32,000 bases of DNA, from positions 1,800,001 through 1,832,000 of the forward strand of contig NC_022349.1 in NCBI RefSeq assembly GCF_000354175.2. Direction: 5' to 3'. The DNA is from Vibrio alginolyticus NBRC 15630 = ATCC 17749 (lineage in GTDB: Bacteria > Pseudomonadota > Gammaproteobacteria > Enterobacterales > Vibrionaceae). Positions 18,425-27,608 of this stretch are shown here, piece after piece. The stretch's first letter is position 1, and each line of letters begins with the position of its first letter. The position numbers were made by a program, and so were the translations under genes. Under the pieces are notes generated by a model that saw only the letters and a list, made by a program, of their open reading frames with translations, did no database searches and had not been told where the DNA came from.

Positions 18425-18453
18425 AAAAAGGCCATCATAATGATGGCCTTTCT
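18425..18453. terminator. bidirectional terminator between irgB and tktA
   Basis: aaaaaGGCCATCAtaaTGATGGCCtttct. Confidence 0.8.
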
Positions 18454-18508
18454 AACTTTAGCGTTTAACAATCGTCGTTTACGTTCGACTGTTTAGACGG
18501 TCCTGCAA

Positions 18509-20503
18509 TTACGCTAGCAATTCTTTTGCTGTGTTCACTACGTTTTCAGTCGTGAAGCCAAACATCTCGAATAGCTGACCAGCAGGTGCAGATTCACCGA
18601 ATGTTGTCATACCGATGATGCGACCGTCGAAGCCTACGTACTTGTACCAGAAATCCGCAATGCCCGCTTCAATAGCGATACGTGCCGTTACGTCTGATGG
18701 CAGTACAGATTCACGGTAAGCAGCGTCTTGTTTGTCGAATGCGTCTGTTGATGGCATTGAAACAACGCGTACTTTCTTGCCTTCTGAAGCTAGTTGCTCA
18801 GCGGCTTTCACTGCAAGCTCAACCTCAGAACCTGTTGCGATAAGGATTAGCTCAGGCTTACCTTCGCTATCTTTCAGGATGTAAGCACCTTTCGCGATGT
18901 CTGCGACTTGTTCAGCAGTACGCTCTTGTTGCGCTAGGTTTTGACGAGAGAAGATAAGTGCAGTTGGTGCATCTTTACGTTCAATCGCTAGTTTCCATGC
19001 AACTGCAGACTCAACTTGGTCACATGGGCGCCATGTGCTCATGTTTGGAGTTACACGTAGAGACGCCATTTGCTCAACAGGTTGGTGAGTTGGGCCATCT
19101 TCGCCAAGACCGATCGAATCATGCGTGTAAACTTGGATGTTCTGAATTTTCATCAGCGCAGCCATACGCATTGCGTTACGAGCGTATTCCATGAACATTA
19201 GGAATGTTGCGCCGTAAGGAACGAAACCACCGTGCAATGCGATACCGTTGATGATAGCAGTCATACCGAATTCGCGTACACCGTAGTGGATGTAGTTGCC
19301 AGAGAAGTCCTCCGTTTCTAGAGACTTAGAACCAGACCACATGGTCAGGTTAGAAGGCGCTAGGTCAGCAGAACCACCCATAAACTCAGGAAGCATTTGA
19401 CCAAACGCTTCTAGTGCATTTTGCGATGCTTTACGTGATGCAATGTTCGCTGGGTTTGCTTGAAGATCGGCAATGATTTGGTTCGCTTTTTCTTCCCATT
19501 GTGCAGGAAGTTCGCCGTTTAGACGACGTTTAAGCTCTGCCGCTTCAGCAGGGTAAGCTGCAGCGTATGCTTCGAATTTTTCATTCCAAGCTGCTTCTTT
19601 CGCGGCGCCCGCTTCTTTTGCATCCCACTCAGCGTAAACATCTGCCGGGATCTCAAATGGGCCGTACTCCCAACCTAGGTATTCGCGAGCCGCTTGGATT
19701 TCATCGTGACCTAGTGGTGCACCGTGACAGTCGTGCGAACCAGACTTGTTAGGAGAACCGAAACCGATAATTGTTTTGGTACAGATAAGCGTAGGACGTG
19801 GGTCCGCTTTTGCTGCTTCAATTGCTGCGTTGATCGCGTCTGAGTCGTGACCATCGACTGCTGGGATTACATGCCAGCCGTACGCTTCAAAACGCTTAGG
19901 TGTATCGTCAGAGAACCAGCCTTCAACATGACCGTCGATAGAAATGCCGTTGTCATCCCAGAACGCGATCAGTTTGCCTAGACCTAACGTCCCAGCAAGA
20001 GAGCATGCTTCATGCGAGATGCCTTCCATTAGACAGCCGTCACCCATGAACACATACGTAAAGTGGTCAACGATATCGTGACCTTCTTTGTTGAACTGTG
20101 CCGCTAGTGCTTTCTCTGCGATCGCCATACCAACAGCGTTAGTGATGCCTTGACCTAGAGGACCCGTTGTTGTCTCGATACCAGGCGCGTAGCCGTACTC
20201 TGGGTGACCTGGGGTTTTTGAGTGCAATTGACGGAAGTTTTTCAGATCGTCAATAGATAGCTCGTAACCGCTTAAGTGCAGTAGAGAGTAAATAAGCATT
20301 GACCCATGACCGTTTGACAGCACAAAGCGATCGCGGTCGGCCCACTCTGGGTTTGAAGGGTTATGGTTTAGGTGAGAGCGCCAAAGAACTTCAGCGATAT
20401 CAGCCATACCCATTGGTGCGCCTGGGTGGCCTGAGTTAGCTTGTTGAACACCATCCATGCTTAGAGCACGAATTGCATTGGCAAGATGTTTACGAGACGA
20501 CAT
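18509..20503 (-). CDS. tktA: transketolase
   Basis: From the ATG at 20503 (AGGAG SD) the protein begins [41 protein letters not shown], matching the E. coli TktA N-terminus pattern. It is 664 aa. The 32-codon ORF-track extension is rejected. Confidence 0.95.
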   Translation of the reverse strand: MSSRKHLANAIRALSMDGVQQANSGHPGAPMGMADIAEVLWRSHLNHNPSNPEWADRDRFVLSNGHGSMLIYSLLHLSGYELSIDDLKNFRQLHSKTPGHPEYGYAPGIETTTGPLGQGITNAVGMAIAEKALAAQFNKEGHDIVDHFTYVFMGDGCLMEGISHEACSLAGTLGLGKLIAFWDDNGISIDGHVEGWFSDDTPKRFEAYGWHVIPAVDGHDSDAINAAIEAAKADPRPTLICTKTIIGFGSPNKSGSHDCHGAPLGHDEIQAAREYLGWEYGPFEIPADVYAEWDAKEAGAAKEAAWNEKFEAYAAAYPAEAAELKRRLNGELPAQWEEKANQIIADLQANPANIASRKASQNALEAFGQMLPEFMGGSADLAPSNLTMWSGSKSLETEDFSGNYIHYGVREFGMTAIINGIALHGGFVPYGATFLMFMEYARNAMRMAALMKIQNIQVYTHDSIGLGEDGPTHQPVEQMASLRVTPNMSTWRPCDQVESAVAWKLAIERKDAPTALIFSRQNLAQQERTAEQVADIAKGAYILKDSEGKPELILIATGSEVELAVKAAEQLASEGKKVRVVSMPSTDAFDKQDAAYRESVLPSDVTARIAIEAGIADFWYKYVGFDGRIIGMTTFGESAPAGQLFEMFGFTTENVVNTAKELLA

Positions 20504-20569
20504 GTCTGCTCCTGAGTACATTAAGCGAAACGAAAAGTAGGTCATAATTCTCTCAAAGCCCTGTTGGGT

Positions 20570-20585
20570 GTGCAAACGTTTTCCA
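20570..20585. promoter_or_regulatory. PurR-like operator (GTGCAAACGTTTTCCA) upstream of tktA
   Basis: The central 12 nt GCAAACGTTTTC are identical to the E. coli-type PurR box ACGCAAACGTTTTCNT. It lies 67-82 nt upstream of the tktA ATG. Confidence 0.4.
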
Positions 20586-20655
20586 ATCCAAAACCTCACA
20601 AATATTGCACCTTTCGCGCCAAATCGTTCGAAGTTCTTAAAATTATCAATAAATC

Positions 20656-20671
20656 AGGCAAACGTTTGGTT
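20656..20671. promoter_or_regulatory. second PurR-like operator (AGGCAAACGTTTGGTT) in the tktA-metK intergenic region
   Basis: 13/16 match to ACGCAAACGTTTGCGT. It is 86 bp (centre to centre) from the first box. Confidence 0.35.
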
Positions 20672-20721
20672 ATAACAAAAACCAAAAAAGAGCTTGTAAT
20701 TCGAGCAATCAAATTTAGAAT

Positions 20722-20745
20722 AGACGTCTAGATGTAGATACACCT
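20722..20745. promoter_or_regulatory. tandem MetJ boxes upstream of metK
   Basis: AGACGTCT (8/8 to the met-box consensus) is directly followed by AGATGTAG (5/8) and ATACACCT (5/8). The array lies 74-97 nt upstream of the metK ATG. Confidence 0.55.
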
Positions 20746-20818
20746 ACAAAAATTAGTATTAATTTGCGCTGGAGAGTTTATCATTCCCCAGTTTTAAACC
20801 AGATATAGTGGAGCTAAC

Positions 20819-21973
20819 ATGGCTAAGCACCTGTTTACTTCTGAGTCAGTATCAGAAGGTCATCCAGATAAAATTGCAGACCAGATTTCTGATGCGGTTC
20901 TTGACGCGATTCTAGAGCAAGATCCAAAGGCTCGTGTTGCATGTGAGACTTACGTTAAAACCGGTATGGTAATGGTGGGTGGTGAAATCACGACTTCAGC
21001 ATGGGTAGACATCGAAGAGTTAACTCGTGAAACCGTTCGTGAAATCGGCTACGTACATTCAGATATGGGCTTTGACGCAGATTCTTGTGCGGTACTAAAC
21101 ACAATCGGTAAACAGTCGCCAGATATCAACCAAGGTGTTGATAAAGCTGACCCTAAAGAACAAGGTGCAGGCGACCAAGGCATCATGTTTGGTTACGCTT
21201 GTAACGAAACTGAAGTACTAATGCCAGCGCCAATTACTTACTCTCACCGTCTTGTTCAAAAGCAAGCAGAAGTTCGTAAAAACGGCACACTACCTTGGTT
21301 GCGTCCTGATGCAAAATCTCAGGTAACATTCCAATACGATCAAGGTAACATCGTTGGTATCGACGCGGTTGTTCTTTCAACTCAACACTGTGACTCAATC
21401 TCAACTTCAGACCTGCGTGAAGCGGTAATGGAAGAGATCATTAAGCCAGTGCTACCTTCTGAGTGGATCAACAAAGAAACAAACTTCTTCATTAACCCAA
21501 CCGGTCGCTTCGTAATCGGTGGTCCTATGGGTGACTGTGGCCTAACTGGTCGTAAGATCATCGTAGATACCTACGGCGGCGCAGCTCGTCACGGTGGCGG
21601 TGCGTTTTCTGGTAAAGATCCATCAAAAGTTGACCGTAGTGCAGCATACGCAGCACGCTACGTAGCGAAAAACATCGTAGCGGCAGGCATGGCTGACCGT
21701 TGTGAGATCCAACTTTCTTACGCAATCGGTGTTGCTGATCCAACGTCTATCATGGTGGAAACGTTCGGTACTGAGAAAGTATCTCACGACATCATCATTG
21801 AAGCGGTTCGTCAATTCTTCGACCTACGTCCATACGGTCTACAAGAAATGCTTAACCTTCTTCAACCTATCTACAAGAAGACAGCGGCTTACGGTCACTT
21901 CGGTCGTGAAGAATTCCCGTGGGAAGCGACAGACAAAGCTGCACTTCTACGCGATTTCGCTGGCATCAAATAA
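20819..21973 (+). CDS. metK: S-adenosylmethionine synthetase
   Basis: 384 aa. [42 protein letters not shown] is essentially identical to E. coli MetK. It also has GAGDQG and GGGAFSGKD. Confidence 0.97.
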   Translation: MAKHLFTSESVSEGHPDKIADQISDAVLDAILEQDPKARVACETYVKTGMVMVGGEITTSAWVDIEELTRETVREIGYVHSDMGFDADSCAVLNTIGKQSPDINQGVDKADPKEQGAGDQGIMFGYACNETEVLMPAPITYSHRLVQKQAEVRKNGTLPWLRPDAKSQVTFQYDQGNIVGIDAVVLSTQHCDSISTSDLREAVMEEIIKPVLPSEWINKETNFFINPTGRFVIGGPMGDCGLTGRKIIVDTYGGAARHGGGAFSGKDPSKVDRSAAYAARYVAKNIVAAGMADRCEIQLSYAIGVADPTSIMVETFGTEKVSHDIIIEAVRQFFDLRPYGLQEMLNLLQPIYKKTAAYGHFGREEFPWEATDKAALLRDFAGIK

Positions 21974-21996
21974 TCAAGCCAAGCAAGAATCAATCA

Positions 21997-22028
21997 AGCC
22001 CTCGCCTATGGCGGGGGCTTTTTATTTT
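21997..22028 (+). terminator. rho-independent terminator of metK
   Basis: AGCCCTCGCctatgGCGGGGGCTttttatttt. Confidence 0.8.
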
Positions 22029-22375
22029 CAGCAACTTTTATCCAGCCATTTCGGCTCATACCGCCCTGCCCCACAAAGCAGTCCTGTTTCTCCCTCATTT
22101 TTATACCGAATAAATTTTAAGCAATTATTTGTAAATTATCCCATCTCCGCCAATAGTTAAAATATTGTTAACTCCAATTTAAATAGAGACGTCGGATGCT
22201 GGCGACTGTGGAAGCAACACTTAAGTAAAGACATGAGTCAGGCATCTTTATGGCCGATACCAAACTAAGCCAATGCTCAGATGTAAACTTGAAAAAGTCG
22301 CTTCAAGTTTGACTGAACAAAAACCGCTGTCAGTTGGTATAAGCGGATAATGTGGGAATAAATCAAGGAGGAGTT

Positions 22376-23173
22376 ATGCCTCGAACTGTTAATCCATCGG
22401 ACTTCCACAACAAACGAAAGGAAGTGCCAGACAACGAATACGCCAGAACCATACCGTGCAATACGGTCAATCTTTCTGCACCTTTTCATTGGCTCGCATT
22501 AGGTCTGCATGATTTCGTGCGAATGCCGCTTATTAGTGCTTTCTATGGCATCTGTTTTATGGCTGCTGCGATAGGCATTGTTTTGCTCGTACAGTGGCAA
22601 GGCACACACTTAGTCGTCATGCCCAGTTTGATTGTTTACATGTTAATCGGTCCGTTTCTCGCGCTGGGCTTGTATGATGCCAGTTGGGAGAGAGAGCGCG
22701 GACACAAAGCAAGCTTGTTCCATTCAATGAAAGCGATCGGTCGTAACTCAACATCTCAATGGGCGTTCGCCGTGTTACTCGCAGTGTGTATGATATTTTG
22801 GATGCGCATTGCCGCTCTACTTCATGCACTCTACCCTTCTGTTCAAGGGGCACCTTTAAGTGAGTTCCTACCCTTCCTTGTCATCGGCTCTTTAGTTGGC
22901 TTTGTTTTGGCTTGTGTGGTGTTTAGCATTTCAGCCTTTTCTATTCCTCTCATGATGGAGCGTCGTGTAGACATGATGACCGCTGTATTTACCAGCTTTA
23001 ATGCAGTGAAATCCAACATTCCAGCAATGATTGTTTGGGCAGCGATCATCTGTGGCGGTATTCTTATCGGCTTTGCGACCTACGGGATCGGAATGTTGTT
23101 TACCATGCCAATTCTAGGCTACGGTACATGGCACGCTTACCATGCCACCATCAAGAAAAAACACACACCATAA
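22376..23173 (+). CDS. polytopic inner-membrane protein, DUF2189-like (COG5473-type)
   Basis: The ATG at 22376 follows an AAGGAGG SD; the track start at 22352 is a GTG. There are 4-5 predicted hydrophobic helices. The N-terminal PFHWLALGLHDF..P..S.FYG resembles the DUF2189 signature as I recall it. Function is unknown. Confidence 0.6.
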   Translation: MPRTVNPSDFHNKRKEVPDNEYARTIPCNTVNLSAPFHWLALGLHDFVRMPLISAFYGICFMAAAIGIVLLVQWQGTHLVVMPSLIVYMLIGPFLALGLYDASWERERGHKASLFHSMKAIGRNSTSQWAFAVLLAVCMIFWMRIAALLHALYPSVQGAPLSEFLPFLVIGSLVGFVLACVVFSISAFSIPLMMERRVDMMTAVFTSFNAVKSNIPAMIVWAAIICGGILIGFATYGIGMLFTMPILGYGTWHAYHATIKKKHTP

Positions 23174-23192
23174 TTAACTGATGCTATGATCT

Positions 23193-23221
23193 GGCCCTCG
23201 CAAATGCGGGGGCTTTTTTAT
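23193..23221 (+). terminator. rho-independent terminator of the DUF2189-like gene
   Basis: GGCCCTCGCaaatGCGGGGGCttttttattt, nearly identical to the metK terminator. Confidence 0.8.
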
Positions 23222-23241
23222 TTAATTTATCGAGGTGAATT

Positions 23242-23739
23242 GTGGATATAGAACTCAGCTATAAAGCCAAGCAAGTGATGGCGGGCTGTATCGCGATGGC
23301 GGAACAAGCTTTCAAACGTTCTTTCCCGATTCCAACAATCACCTTCGACGTCCGTGGGAAAGCGGCAGGAAAAGCCTACCTTCAATTAAATCAAGTACGC
23401 CTAAACCCTGTTTTATTTCGCGAAAACACCCAAGCATTCTTAGATGAAGTCATTCCTCATGAAGTAGCACACCTGATTACTTATCAGGTTTACGGGCGAG
23501 TAAGGCCTCACGGTAAAGAATGGAAAGGCGTCATGGAAGCCGTATTTAACGTACCAGCCAAAACCACTCACAGCTTTGAAGTAAAATCCGTTCAAGGTAA
23601 AACCTTTGAGTATCGTTGTGGTTGTATGACCTACCCTCTATCGATTCGCCGTCATAATAAAGTGCTGCGCAAAGAGGCGACGTACTCTTGTCAAAAATGC
23701 CGCCAACCACTTAACTTCACCGGCATTCAATTATCGTAG
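23242..23739 (+). CDS. sprT: SprT family zinc metalloprotease-like protein
   Basis: 165 aa, the same length as E. coli SprT, with a GTG start after a GAGGTG SD. Motifs seen: LNPVL...N...F..EV.PHEVAHL, HGKEWK..M and a C-terminal Cys-rich zinc ribbon (C.C...C..C). Confidence 0.85.
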   Translation: MDIELSYKAKQVMAGCIAMAEQAFKRSFPIPTITFDVRGKAAGKAYLQLNQVRLNPVLFRENTQAFLDEVIPHEVAHLITYQVYGRVRPHGKEWKGVMEAVFNVPAKTTHSFEVKSVQGKTFEYRCGCMTYPLSIRRHNKVLRKEATYSCQKCRQPLNFTGIQLS

Positions 23740-23889
23740 CCCTTACCTCATAGTGTTACTTGCGTTCCCAAAATAAAGATCGAGTTGATCAAAACCTTCC
23801 CTTCGCCACTTATTGTTAACTTACTCATCACTAAAGCTATTTTATGCGTGTTATCATGAATAAAGTCATACTTTATAAAGACTTTTATC

Positions 23890-24585
23890 ATGAAATACTT
23901 ACTCTCTCTGTTGCTTATCGCGCTTTCTAGCACTGCGATTGCCGCGCCACCGAGCTCATTCTCTGCAGCCAAACGTGAGGCGGTCAAAATTTATCAAGAC
24001 CATCCAACAAGCTTCTACTGTGGCTGTAACATTCAATGGCAAGGCAAGAAAGGCTTACCCGATTTAGCCTCTTGCGGTTACCAAGTCCGTAAACAAGAAA
24101 AACGGGCTGCACGAATCGAATGGGAGCACATTGTTCCTGCGTGGCAATTTGGCCACCAGCGTCAATGCTGGCAAGATGGCGGACGTAAAAACTGTAAGAA
24201 AAAAGACAAAACTTTTCGTTTGATGGAAGCAGACTTGCACAACCTAACTCCTGCTATTGGTGAAGTAAACGGTGACCGTTCGAACTACAACTTCAGCCAA
24301 TGGAACGGGATGGATGGCGTGAGTTATGGTCGCTGTGAGATGCAAGTGAACTTTAAGCAGCGTAAAGTCATGCCACCAGACCGTGCGCGTGGCTCAATTG
24401 CTCGTACCTATCTATACATGAGCAAAGAGTACGGTTTCAAACTGTCGAAGCAGCAAACGCAATTAATGAGTGCTTGGAACAAAACCTATCCTGTCGATAA
24501 ATGGGAATGTGAGCGTGACGAGCGCATTGCAAAAGTACAGGGCAATCACAACCCATTTGTTCAAGAAGCCTGCCGCGCACTGTAA
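23890..24585 (+). CDS. endA: periplasmic/extracellular endonuclease I (Dns/EndA)
   Basis: 231 aa with a signal peptide ([18 protein letters not shown]). It is near-collinear with E. coli EndA as recalled: [73 protein letters not shown]. Confidence 0.9.
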   Translation: MKYLLSLLLIALSSTAIAAPPSSFSAAKREAVKIYQDHPTSFYCGCNIQWQGKKGLPDLASCGYQVRKQEKRAARIEWEHIVPAWQFGHQRQCWQDGGRKNCKKKDKTFRLMEADLHNLTPAIGEVNGDRSNYNFSQWNGMDGVSYGRCEMQVNFKQRKVMPPDRARGSIARTYLYMSKEYGFKLSKQQTQLMSAWNKTYPVDKWECERDERIAKVQGNHNPFVQEACRAL

Positions 24586-24596
24586 CCTCCGACCTC

Positions 24597-24645
24597 GAAG
24601 CGTTTCAATTACTGATATTGAAACGCTTCTTGCCCCTTGTTTTTT
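24597..24645 (+). terminator. long hairpin terminator after endA
   Basis: GAAGCGTTTCAATtactgatATTGAAACGCTTC is a 13-bp perfect stem. It is followed by ttgccccttgtttttt, so the T-run is not immediately adjacent. Confidence 0.55.
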
Positions 24646-24698
24646 CGGTGCAAAGCATCCATGTTAGGGTTTAAGTTTATTCTCTTGCTGGAAATCTC

Positions 24699-25430
24699 AT
24701 GCGTACCCCTCGAATTTATCATCCAGAAACCATTCATCAACTTGGCTCACTTGCTTTAAGTGACGACGCAGCAGGCCATATCGGTCGTGTTTTGCGCATG
24801 AAAGAAGGCCAAGACGTTCTCCTTTTTGACGGCAGTGGCGCAGAGTTTCCAGCGGTTATCAGTGAAGTCAGCAAGAAATCAGTTTTGGTTAACATCACCG
24901 AGCGTGTAGAAAGCAGTATTGAATCCCCTTTAGATCTGCACCTTGGCCAAGTCATTTCACGTGGCGATAAGATGGAGTTCACCATCCAAAAGTCTGTTGA
25001 ACTTGGCGTCAATACCATCACTCCTCTGATTTCTGAACGTTGTGGTGTCAAGCTTGACCAAAAGCGTTTTGAGAAAAAACTCGCGCAATGGCAGAAAATC
25101 GCCATCAGTGCCTGTGAACAATGTGGGCGTAATGTCGTGCCCGAAATTCGTCCAATTATGAGCTTGGAAGAGTGGTGTAAAGAAGAGTACGATGGTTTAA
25201 AGCTTAACCTTCACCCTCGTGCTAAATACTCAATCAACACTTTGCCAACCCCGGTTGAAAAAGTGCGCCTACTGATCGGTCCTGAAGGCGGTTTATCGTC
25301 TGAAGAGATCGAGATGACTCGAGAATACCAATTTGAAGAAACGCTACTCGGCCCTCGCGTTCTGCGTACCGAAACAGCGGCTCTGACAGCAATTACAGCC
25401 TTACAAGTTCGTTTCGGCGATCTTGGTTAA
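24699..25430 (+). CDS. rsmE: 16S rRNA (uracil1498-N3)-methyltransferase
   Basis: 243 aa, the same length as E. coli RsmE. Motifs seen: [41 protein letters not shown] and the C-terminal [27 protein letters not shown]. Confidence 0.9.
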   Translation: MRTPRIYHPETIHQLGSLALSDDAAGHIGRVLRMKEGQDVLLFDGSGAEFPAVISEVSKKSVLVNITERVESSIESPLDLHLGQVISRGDKMEFTIQKSVELGVNTITPLISERCGVKLDQKRFEKKLAQWQKIAISACEQCGRNVVPEIRPIMSLEEWCKEEYDGLKLNLHPRAKYSINTLPTPVEKVRLLIGPEGGLSSEEIEMTREYQFEETLLGPRVLRTETAALTAITALQVRFGDLG

Positions 25431-25443
25431 ACGGAGAAAAATA

Positions 25444-26394
25444 ATGATCAAACTCGGTATCGTAATGGACCCAATCTCGTCCATTAACATCAAAAAAGAC
25501 TCTAGCTTTGCCATGATGCTTGAAGCGCAACGACGCGGCTATGAAATCCACTACATGGAAATGAATGATCTGCATCTCGATCAAGGCGTTGCCATTGCAG
25601 ATACTAAAGTGGTGGAACTAAAAGAAGATCCAAACGGTTGGTACGAGTTCAAATCAGAGCAAACTATCGAACTGTCTGAGCTAGACGCGGTGCTAATGCG
25701 TAAAGATCCTCCGTTTGATACTGAATACATCTACGCGACTTACATCCTTGAGCGTGCAGAAGAACAAGGTGCACTGATCGTTAACAAGCCTCAAAGCTTA
25801 CGTGATTGTAACGAAAAGCTGTTTACAGCATGGTTCCCAGAGCTGACACCTACAACTATCGTGACGCGAAAAGCAGAGAAAATTAAAGAATTTCGTGAAA
25901 AACATGGTGATGTCATCCTGAAACCGCTTGATGGTATGGGTGGCGCGTCCATCTTCCGTGTGAAAGAAAACGATCCAAACGTCTCTGTGATCATCGAGAC
26001 ATTGACTAACCACGGTCAAAACTACGCAATGGCACAAACCTTCGTGCCAGACATCAGCAACGGTGACAAACGTATCCTAGTGGTAGATGGCGAACCTATG
26101 CCTTACTGTCTAGCACGCATTCCTGCTAAAGGCGAAACGCGCGGCAACCTAGCCGCTGGTGGTACTGGTGAAGCTCGTCCGCTAAGCGAAACCGACCTCA
26201 AAATTGCGCAAACCGTTGCTCCGACACTGAAAGAAAAAGGCCTTATCTTTGTTGGCCTTGACGTAATTGGCGACAAGCTAACAGAGATCAACGTCACCAG
26301 TCCAACCTGTATTCGCGAAATTGAAGCAGCTTTTGATATCTCAATCACAGGCAAGCTGATGGATGCGATTGAACGTCGAGTAAAAGGCGAATAA
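25444..26394 (+). CDS. gshB: glutathione synthetase
   Basis: From the ATG at 25444 (GGAG SD) the protein begins MIKLGIVMDPI..INIKKDSSFAM.LEAQRRG.E..YMEM.DL, like E. coli GshB. It is 316 aa. The track start at 25423 would overlap rsmE and is rejected. Confidence 0.95.
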   Translation: MIKLGIVMDPISSINIKKDSSFAMMLEAQRRGYEIHYMEMNDLHLDQGVAIADTKVVELKEDPNGWYEFKSEQTIELSELDAVLMRKDPPFDTEYIYATYILERAEEQGALIVNKPQSLRDCNEKLFTAWFPELTPTTIVTRKAEKIKEFREKHGDVILKPLDGMGGASIFRVKENDPNVSVIIETLTNHGQNYAMAQTFVPDISNGDKRILVVDGEPMPYCLARIPAKGETRGNLAAGGTGEARPLSETDLKIAQTVAPTLKEKGLIFVGLDVIGDKLTEINVTSPTCIREIEAAFDISITGKLMDAIERRVKGE

Positions 26395-26516
26395 CTCAAA
26401 CTGTATTACAGTTAATAGAGAGCGTAGTACATTAACTTAAGCAAACTCATGCACATACCTAGATGGTAAATTGTATGATGTTTGCTTAAGGGCATTTACG
26501 AGAGTTAAGGGTCAGT

Positions 26517-27086
26517 ATGAGTATGAATCTCACAAATCACTTTTTGGTTGCCATGCCTGGGATGAAAGATCCGTACTTTCAAAACAGCGTGATCTACGTT
26601 TGTGAGCACAACGAAGACGGCGCTATGGGGCTGATGATCAATGCTCCTGTTGATATCACCGTCGGCAACATGCTCAAGCAGGTGGAAGTTCAGCCAGTAC
26701 ACCCGCGCCTATTTGAAGCCAGTCTAGATAGACCAGTCTACAATGGCGGCCCAATCTCGGAAGATCGTGGTTTTATTTTGCATAAACCCAAAGATTACTA
26801 CGAGTCCAGCGTCCAAATGACCGATGACCTCGCGGTAACCACTTCGCGTGATATTCTGTCGGTGTTAGGAACAGAAGCAGAACCAAGTGATTACTTAGTG
26901 GCACTTGGCTACTCCGGTTGGAGTGCAGGCCAATTAGAAAGTGAGCTGGTCGAAAACTCTTGGCTCACCATTGAAGCAACGCCTGAAATTATCTTTAATA
27001 CACCAATCAACGAGCGTTGGAAGAAAGCGGTCGAAAAGCTGGGCATCGACCCAAGTCACCTTTCAGCAGACTCTGGACATGCTTAG
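26517..27086 (+). CDS. yqgE: UPF0301 family protein YqgE (AlgH-like)
   Basis: Matches E. coli YqgE as recalled: HFL.AMP...DP.F..SV.Y.CEHN..GAMG...N.P and EDRGFILH...TTSRD.L..LGT...PSD.LVALGY..W..GQLE.E. The start could instead be the ATG at 26523. Confidence 0.85.
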   Translation: MSMNLTNHFLVAMPGMKDPYFQNSVIYVCEHNEDGAMGLMINAPVDITVGNMLKQVEVQPVHPRLFEASLDRPVYNGGPISEDRGFILHKPKDYYESSVQMTDDLAVTTSRDILSVLGTEAEPSDYLVALGYSGWSAGQLESELVENSWLTIEATPEIIFNTPINERWKKAVEKLGIDPSHLSADSGHA

Positions 27087-27121
27087 TCCAAATATACAGT
27101 TACATTAGATAGAGACACCTT

Positions 27122-27547
27122 ATGTCACGCACAATTATGGCTTTTGACTTTGGAACCAAAAGCATTGGTAGCGCTATTGGCCAAGAAATTACTGGTACAG
27201 CTTCCCCATTAAAAGCCTTTAAAGCCAATGACGGTATTCCAAACTGGGACGATATCGAAAAGCAAATCAAAGAGTGGCAACCAGATTTGCTAGTGGTCGG
27301 TTTACCGACCGATCTGCATGGTAAAGACCTTGAGACCATAACCCCTCGTGCACGAAAATTTGCTAAGCGTCTGCAAGGCCGATACGGATTGCCAGTTGAA
27401 CTGCATGATGAGCGTTTATCTACTGCAGAAGCTCGTGCGGAGTTGTTCAGCATGGGCGGCTACAAAGCCCTATCGAAAGGTAATGTTGACTGCCAGTCAG
27501 CGGTGGTGATTCTAGAAAGCTGGTTTGAAGCCCTTTGGGGTGAGTAA
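27122..27547 (+). CDS. ruvX: RuvX/YqgF putative pre-16S rRNA nuclease (Holliday-junction-resolvase-like)
   Basis: 141 aa. It has an N-terminal ..[12 protein letters not shown] motif and a ..DERLST.EA motif. It lies downstream of yqgE, as in E. coli. Confidence 0.9.
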   Translation: MSRTIMAFDFGTKSIGSAIGQEITGTASPLKAFKANDGIPNWDDIEKQIKEWQPDLLVVGLPTDLHGKDLETITPRARKFAKRLQGRYGLPVELHDERLSTAEARAELFSMGGYKALSKGNVDCQSAVVILESWFEALWGE

Positions 27548-27564
27548 ACACTTCAAGCACAATG

Positions 27565-27594
27565 AAAAAAGGTTGGCTTCTGCCAACCTTTTTT
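27565..27594. terminator. bidirectional terminator between ruvX and pilU
   Basis: aaaaaaGGTTGGCttctGCCAACCtttttt. Confidence 0.85.
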
Positions 27595-27608
27595 GTTTCT
27601 GGATTGGA

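Noticed and set aside
20504-20599. 32-codon N-terminal extension of tktA
   Set aside because: The transketolase N-terminus aligns from the ATG at 20503, which has an AGGAG SD. The extension would also cover the PurR-like box region.
21702-22160. 152-aa and 64-aa plus-strand ORFs running from the metK 3' end through its terminator
   Set aside because: They are out of frame with metK, cross a strong rho-independent terminator, and give low-complexity products.
22187-22194. AGACGTCG as a MetJ box upstream of the DUF2189-like gene
   Set aside because: It is a single 7/8 box with no tandem partner, and MetJ needs at least 2 adjacent boxes.
22277-22489. 70-aa minus-strand ORF overlapping the start of the DUF2189-like gene
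   Set aside because: It overlaps the SD and start of the better-supported plus-strand gene and has no translation signals.
23748-23987. 79-aa minus-strand ORF across the sprT-endA spacer and the endA signal-peptide region
   Set aside because: It overlaps the endA start and promoter. There is no SD and I recognise no homolog.
26399-26413. AACTGTATTACAGTT palindrome as a LexA (SOS) box
   Set aside because: The gammaproteobacterial LexA box is CTGT-N8-ACAG. Here the spacing is N3, so it is not an SOS box.
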